64,000 bases of DNA from Octopus vulgaris (taxonomy: Eukaryota), in the NCBI GenBank assembly GCA_951406725.2, contig OX597818.1, positions 125,674,001 to 125,738,000 on the forward strand. The letters run 5' to 3'. Within the stretch, counting starts at the first letter, position 1. Each line of letters starts with the position of its first letter. Below are positions 56,262 through 64,000 of the stretch, in pieces. A program made the translations under genes and the position numbers. The notes under the pieces were generated by a model. That model was not told the DNA's origin, did not search any database, and worked only from the letters and a program-made list of their open reading frames with translations.

Positions 56262-57075
56262 GTGTGTGTTTGTATCTATATTTGTGTATGTCTGTGGCTC
56301 TGTTTGTCCCCCACCATCGCTTGACAACCGGTGTTGGTGGATTTACCTCCCCGTAACTTAGCGGTTCGGCATAAAGAAACCGATAGAATAAGTACTAGGC
56401 TTGAAAAAACAAGCCCTGGGGACAATTCAACAAAAACCTTTCTTAGTGGTGCCCCAGTATGACCACAGTAAAATGACTGAAACACGTGAAGAGATAAAAA
56501 GAAAAAGAAGATACACAAACACACACACATATATATATACGGAGGGAGTGAGAGTGAGAGAGAAAGAGAGACAGACGGACAGACAGACAGCGGGGAGCAG
56601 TGAGGGGGGAGACGCGGAAATGTCTCTAAAAGTGACGACACTCATTAGAAAAGGGAAATATTGTAGTTTCATTTTTTTTTAATGACTTATAATGTATGCC
56701 GGTGCTGCGTTGCGCTTTCTGAATTCGAGCAATTTATGCTTTAATTTGAGAAAAATTTTTCATTGTTTCAAAACAACAATAGAATATATATATATGAAAT
56801 CTAAAAAAATATTTTCGGCTGTGTTGTTTAAAAATTTTTTTTATATGTATAAACAGGTATATATATTTATACATTCATTCATATATGAATGCATATGTAC
56901 ATACATAATTTTATATGGAAATGTATAGATATTTCAGATGTGTGTATGGATGGATGGATGAATGGGTGGCTGGATGAATGTGTCTATCCGTCTATATCTA
57001 TATTTATCTATCTATATATGTGTGTGTGTGTTTATATATGAATGCGCATACGTGTGTATGCATACATCTAGAATG

Positions 57076-57120
<45 letters not shown>

Positions 57121-57147
57121 TTATATATTTATATATATATATTTATA

Positions 57148-57209
<62 letters not shown>

Positions 57210-57305
57210 GAGAGAGAGGGAGAGAGGAGAGTTATATAATTAGATAATTAGAAAAATAGTTATATACATAGATATATGCATACCTACTAATGCATACCTA
57301 TACAC

Positions 57306-57356
<51 letters not shown>

Positions 57357-57790
57357 CACACACGCACACACACACATATACATATACATATATATATACA
57401 TATATGTCAGTTATGTTCACTTGAAAACATATATAGAAAAGCTTTTGTCAAAAGTGTATAGACGTGAAACATGAAATCATACTTAACATATCTTTGGAAA
57501 CTTTTATATACAAAGAATATATTTGAATAGAGTATATGCGAATGGCACAATAACATAGAAATAACGTTACTAATGCTCACGTACGCATCTAATTGAATTA
57601 CTATTGATATAGAACAGTAGAATTTTCATATCGTCACCAGTTATTAAAGCGGAAAAAATATGAAAGCTACATAAAAAATATATAGGAGTTATTAATGCTT
57701 ATTATCAATCTATGAATGTATTTTCGAGACTGTCGTGAGAATATATGTACGTGTGTGAGTGTGTATGTATGTACACACACATATACACAG

Positions 57791-57844
<54 letters not shown>

Positions 57845-57948
57845 TACATGTTCTTGTCTGGACTGCAGCCATATTTTTATATACACATACATAAATACAT
57901 GTGACTATATTTACTTATATGTATAACTGTGTGTGTGTGTGAGTGTCT

Positions 57949-57992
<44 letters not shown>

Positions 57993-58406
57993 GTGTGTGT
58001 CTGCGTGTGACTGTGTGCATATGTGTATATAAATAATATACATAGGCGGCGACGTGGCAGAACCTTTAGCACTACGGGTATAATAGGTTTTTCAGAAAGG
58101 TACATTCCGTTCTGAGGTCAAATTCCGTCGAACTCGATTTTACTTTTCATACAGCGAAAGATAATTTCCAAATCAAATATTGGGTCTGATATCATCCTCA
58201 CACGAACACTTTGTAAGATTACTAGCTTTGTGGAAATTTTTGAAGTCATCATGCAAATATGTATAAATACAAAACAAGGTGGAAACAGTAGTAATCGATT
58301 ACCGAAGGTAGAATAATATGCCTCACAGTTCCACGTTATTGTTCGTCAGACAGTTGTGATCAAGAATGGAATAAAATTACGATAATTTTCTTCCAGTGTC
58401 AATCTC

Positions 58407-58448
58407 AACTGTCCGACGAACGGAAACGTGAAACTCTGATTAACAGTT
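58407..58448 (+). ncRNA. Type I hammerhead-like motif (U4C variant)
   Basis: AACUGU-CCGACGA-ACG(GAAA)CGU-GAAA-CUCUGAU-UA-ACAGUU. Perfect 6-bp stem I and GNRA-capped stem II. Confidence 0.6.
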
Positions 58449-58508
58449 TTTGTGATATCTTTGCAGCTTTAATAAAAAAAAAGTATATATGTGTGTGTGA
58501 GTGTGTGT

Positions 58509-58555
<47 letters not shown>

Positions 58556-58693
58556 TGTGTGTGTGTATTAAGCATTTGACTATATATGTAAATATTCATC
58601 GATATTTACAGACACGTACGTAGATAGGTATATATTAATATCTATAAATATGCTTCACTACCGAAATGCATGTGTATTATATGCCTGCATGCA

Positions 58694-58784
<91 letters not shown>

Positions 58785-59428
58785 TTGCGTGTGTGTGTGT
58801 GTGTGTTTATATGTGTGAATGTATGTATGTATAGGTATACTTAAAAGTGCAACATTGAAGCTGGTTTGAATAACTGTTCTGATATTTTATCCAAAAGCAT
58901 TGTAAGAATGCTATTTTAGTGCATACAACAGTTTGCATCAGTGTGATTATCTATACGCATAACAGAAACGATATGTGTATGTATGCATGCATGTGCAGAA
59001 TGCACGCAGCGCGTGTTTGTGAATATGTGCGATGTGTGAGTGTGTGCGTGCGTGCGTGCGTGCGTGCGTGTGTACGTGCGTGTATGTAAACGTATATATG
59101 AGTACACATGAATCGGTCGGTATTGATTGATTTTATATTTACAACAACATGTTAAATCTTTTAAATATATAATAGAACAAGCTTTATTGATACTGAATGA
59201 ACGAGTATATCGTTTGATGTACTCGGGATAAGCCTTATAATTGCCATATCTGCTTTGAAACAAGAAAAACGCTAACAACAGCAACAAAAGGAGCAACGAA
59301 ATAAAGATATTTAAAGAGCGTCAGCGATGACAAGAAAATTAAAGCATAACATTCAGCCTAATTTCATTGTTCATCCTTAAATTCATTCACAAACGACACA
59401 TATATGTGGATATGTATAATTATGCATG

Positions 59429-59490
<62 letters not shown>

Positions 59491-59544
59491 GTCACGCACA
59501 CATATGTATATGCATACATTCATACGTACATAAGTATATATAAA

Positions 59545-60185
59545 AACACGCACAAATATATATATATATATTAAATTAGAGATAAAACCACTATCAGGCA
59601 AATCAAATAATATACAAAAAATATATAAAATATAAAATTCAAAATTTAAATTATTTAAATTTAAAGTTAAAATTTAAAAAAAATTTTAAATTATTAATTT
59701 ATACTTATAAATTTATATATATATATATAAATTTATAAGTATAAATTAATAATTTAAATTTTTTTTAAAATTTTAACTTTAAATTTAAATAATTTAAATT
59801 TTGAATTTTATATTTTATATATTTTTTGTATATTATTTGATTTGCCTGATAGTGGTTTTATCTCTAATTTAATATATGTATATATATATATATTTGTGCG
59901 TGTTTTTATAAGTATAAATATAAATTTATAAGTATAAAATAATAATTAAAATTTTTTTTAAAATCTTAACTTTAAATTTAAATAATTTAAATTTTGAATT
60001 TTATATTTTATATATTTTTGTATATTATATTTATTAATTTTATTTCTATGTTTTTCACTGTTTGATTTGCCTAATAGTGGTTTTATCTCTAATTTAATAT
60101 ATATATTTATACTGTAAGATTAGTTTTAATCCTAAATCTAATTTTTCCTTGTAAGTTTGGATTTACTCCCTAATATTATATATAT
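59545..60185. repeat. AT-rich inverted plus direct duplication (family of 5915-6147)
   Basis: About 59548-59715 mirrors about 59728-59890 around a (TA)n centre. Further direct copies extend to 60105, and 60115-60180 is reverse-similar to 5918-5975. Confidence 0.75.
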
Positions 60186-60240
60186 TAGAGAGAGAGAGAG
60201 AGACAGAGAGAGAGACAGAGATAGAGAGAGAGACAGAGAC

Positions 60241-60285
<45 letters not shown>

Positions 60286-61140
60286 TTTAAAAGTGCCTCA
60301 TCCAGGTTGGTTTGAATAGCCACCCTGGTATTTTACTCAGAAGCATTGTAGAAATGCCCTTATTTATGCATGCAACATTCAGTATTCTCGTGATTATGTA
60401 TACACATATTAGAATGCGTGTATACATGCACGCATATATGCTACGTATGTATGTGTGTATGTATGTATGTATGTATGTATGTATGTATGTATGTATGTAT
60501 GTATGTATGTATGTATGTATGTATGTGTGTATGCATGCATGCATATATGTATGTATGTATGTGTGTATGTATGTATGTATGTATGTATGTGTGTATGTGT
60601 GTATGTATGCTTGCATGTATGTATGTATGTGTATGTATGTATGAGTGCGTGTGTGTGGGTGTGTGTGAAAGGGAGAGAGAGAGAGAGAAAGAACATGTGT
60701 ATTTATAAACATATACGTGTGTGCGTATGACTATATGACTGGGTCGGTTTGCGAAAGCTGATTTCAAGTACAAGTTGAGCACTGTTGTCGTTGTAATCGT
60801 CTATCCACTACTCATCGAATTTGCTAACCTTGTGCCAAAAATTGAAACTAAATATTTAGTAAAGGAAGTAAACGATGATGACGCAACAACATTAAACCAC
60901 AGAAGAATATTAGATTATCGCAAGTCAAGCTATTTCACCTTTAATCAACCAAAGAGTAAATTATAGTTAAGAGTGAACGATATAATTTGTAAATCAAATT
61001 AAAAATGAAACAGTATTTCTCGAAAATACTACTACTTTAATTACAATTATACGTATGCATGCATGTTTGCGTTCGTGTTTGTATGCTTATATATAACTAT
61101 ACATGCACACACATACACACATATGTATTAATAGAGTACT

Positions 61141-61435
61141 CAGTCGGTTACGACGACGAGGGTCCCAGCGATACGATCAACGGAACAGCTTGCTCGTGAA
61201 ACTAACGTGCAAGTGACTGAGCACTCCACAGACACGTGTACCCTTAACGTAGTTCTCAGGGAGATTTTAGCGTGACACAGAGTGCGACCAGGCTGGCCCT
61301 TTGAAATACAGACACTATTAATTTTTGCCAGCTGAGTGGACTGAAGCAACGTGAAATAAAGTGTCTTGTTAAAAGACACAACGCGTCGCCGGGAATTGAG
61401 CTCACAACTGCCCTAACCACTAAAACACACACCTT
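61141..61435 (-). mobile_element. tRNA-derived SINE (family 3)
   Basis: Reverse match to 34731-34963 (gtcggttacgacgacgagggt..gctcgtgaaa.taacgtgcaagtg.ctgagcactccacag). Confidence 0.8.
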
Positions 61436-61696
61436 CACATATATATGTTTATTGTCATATTATAAATACATTATATATGTATATCAACATATATGATGTG
61501 CTTGCATATATAAAGATACATGCAAATAAAAAACGTACCAGTTGAGCACTGGAGCCGATGTAATCGATTAGCACCCTTCCACAAATTTCGGGTCTTGTGC
61601 CTATCGCAGAAAGGATTATTATTATTACTATGACTGAAAGCTTGGAGAAGAAAAGTGACAGGGGCAGTAACGAAATATCTCCATACAACACAGGCA

Positions 61697-62150
61697 TTTA
61701 AATTGCAAGGGTTTTTCTAAGGGCGTGGGCAGTACTTGTCAGCACAATCTTTTGGATTTCTCTGAGACATAGTTCTCTTGGGATGCTGTCTAGATGTTTC
61801 TGACATCTCTTGTTTATCATACCTAGAGCACCTACAATAACAGGAACAGTTCTTGCTTGAGATGCCACATCTTTTGTATTTCAATTTCCAGGTCCTTATA
61901 TTTACTTAATTTGTCAAAGTGGGAACACTTACATTTATTAGTCTACAAGTATTTTCTTCTTTGTCTTTAATAATTATGTCTGGTCAATTATCCTGGATCG
62001 TTCTATCGGTGTTGAGTGGGAAATCACAGAGAAGAGTGACATTTTGCCCTTCAACGACTGTTCATACCAGTAAGCAGAAGTACCGATTTTATAGTGTTTA
62101 AATATTTTCCAATGTAAATACTGTCTTACCCTATCGTGGTTATTTTTGCA
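61697..62150 (-). mobile_element. RLE non-LTR retrotransposon 3' fragment (R4/Dong-like)
   Basis: Minus strand: DFPLNTDRTIQDN*PDIIIKDKEENTC, KYKDLEIEIQKMWHL, TVPVIVGALGMI, and IQKIVLTSTAHALRK. Abuts (TTG)n/(TAG)n. Confidence 0.8.
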
Positions 62151-62171
62151 TTATTGTTGTTGTTGTTGTTG

Positions 62172-62227
<56 letters not shown>

Positions 62228-64000
62228 GGTGGTGGTAGTAGTAGTAGTAGTCGTCATGCTATTCCCATTAGGAATGTTAAACCTTTGTATAAAACTTGAT
62301 TAAATGAACGAATATAGTTGAAACATTCCAATTAATTGTCCATCAAATGTAATGCATAACTCCCAGATATTGTTATCGAGGACTGTAAAACAACTACAAA
62401 ATAATGTGGAACGAAAGAACAGTATGCATCTGATATAAATGTCAATTTAAAAATAGTGAAAAAGACAACATATGTCAAATTGAAGTTATTTTACAAAAGG
62501 TTTAAGTTCATATCTGATTTGTTTTTGCACCGAGTTACCTTATTTAAAAACTTTTTTGAAATGAAGCATTTTTTAACGGACTTAAAAGTGCTGAGGGAAA
62601 TTTTTCAGATTCACTCGATTATTTATGCATTTAAAGAAATTTTATGTTAAACACTTAACGTTATGTCATCTACACATCACCAGCATCAACATCAGCATGA
62701 ACAACAATGATAATTACATTTACTATCTTAAGTTAGCCTTAGATTAAAATACTAGTATGTATATAACATTCATAATGTGTATACAAGCGTAGAGCGGCAC
62801 TAGTTGTGATATTTTATCTAAGAGTAACTTCTCTTAAGAGATATGTGTGTTAAAAACACAGGTCTCTGCTCTGAAAACTGGCGGATCGCCAGGCTCAGTG
62901 TTTCGATACGATTTGGTTACCTTCGTGACGAATTACCCAGACATTCTGAACTAAGCTACAAATGCTTATTCTGGTCAAGAAATAAGTAAACAAAACATAT
63001 AATGATTCGTGCGAAAGCTACCCAGGCTAGAATTAAATTAATATAAGCGCTTAAAATAGTCTAAGATTAAGATATGTGTTATACACACCGGTATTATAAT
63101 GATTATTGTTTCTTTTATAATATTGGGGTCCTAAGCATATAATACTGGGTCCTAAGCATATAACACAAAATATGTATTAGAAAAGTGTTGAAAACAGGAG
63201 ATGCACAGTTAGATACAATAAGCCTATATATTGGGGTAAGTTAAAAAGCTTGTAAAGCGTAATAATTTGCTTCTCACTCAGAGATCTTTTTTAAGGTAAT
63301 TAATTCCTGGGAAAATACATTGAGAAGAAGATGGAATGACACTGGTTAGAAATGCCTTATAAAACATTTTGAAGAAGTTTGAGTGGCCTGATAAATTTTT
63401 CTCCGTGTTTACATTTTGGAATGAAAGCATGTATCAACGTAATTGTTAAACTCTCTGATCCAACTTTGGTTGAGAATGTTGTTAAGCAAAGTATATGTCA
63501 GCGCTATCTCTGTTCACGTTGTAATTTGCAATTCTTTTCATGATAGGTTTTGATGTTTGCTTACATAAAATCTACATAAAATACCGAAAAAAAGGTTAGA
63601 TATTGAATATAAGACGGTTTGCTGCCCAAACAATGTCGTTCTCATCACTAATACACGAATTCCTATATGATCATAACAGTAATCCTGTTGTTCATTCCCA
63701 GAATGGCAAGCATCATCTTATGGACTCCTTCTCAACAGCGCATTGCAGTTGACAAGCAACTTAAAAGATAATTGTAATGCGCCAGACTGTGCCCGGTGAA
63801 GTTTGCTCTGAACCAAACATTTACGTGTATGGATAAAAATTACAAGTTGTGCATAAATTTGTATAATGTGATCATGGCAAAAACTTTTGATGATGAAAGC
63901 TCCTTCCGAATCAAGAAAGCCAGTAATAGCTTGCGGTCTATTTGGATAATTAAATTCCGAGGTTCAGCTGGCTACGAAACATATGTAGTCTGTATATTAT

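Overview
AT-rich eukaryotic genomic DNA dominated by microsatellites and decayed transposons. The SINE families resemble octopus/coleoid cephalopod repeats (inference from recalled sequences). Nearly all ORF-track entries are microsatellite artefacts. The main result is one host gene that the ORF track barely shows: a + strand neuropeptide precursor. It has three paralogous phase-2/phase-2 exons (4194-4307, 5276-5395, 12211-12309), each encoding KR plus one 30-37 aa peptide, and a shared exon (19934-20039) supplying the GKKKR amidation/cleavage signal and the stop. The peptides resemble invertebrate PTH-like (iPTH/PXXXamide) peptides, and two carry a C-x4-C ring. No signal-peptide exon was found in the window. 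The window also holds R4/Dong-like, RTE and CR1-like LINE fragments, three Tc1/mariner-superfamily relics and three tRNA-SINE families. There are several Penelope-like fold-back fragments with minimal hammerhead-ribozyme motifs, two phased A4T4 composite satellites, and a mosaic local duplication at 46-56.5 kb. Exon coordinates were counted base by base; repeat boundaries are approximate.
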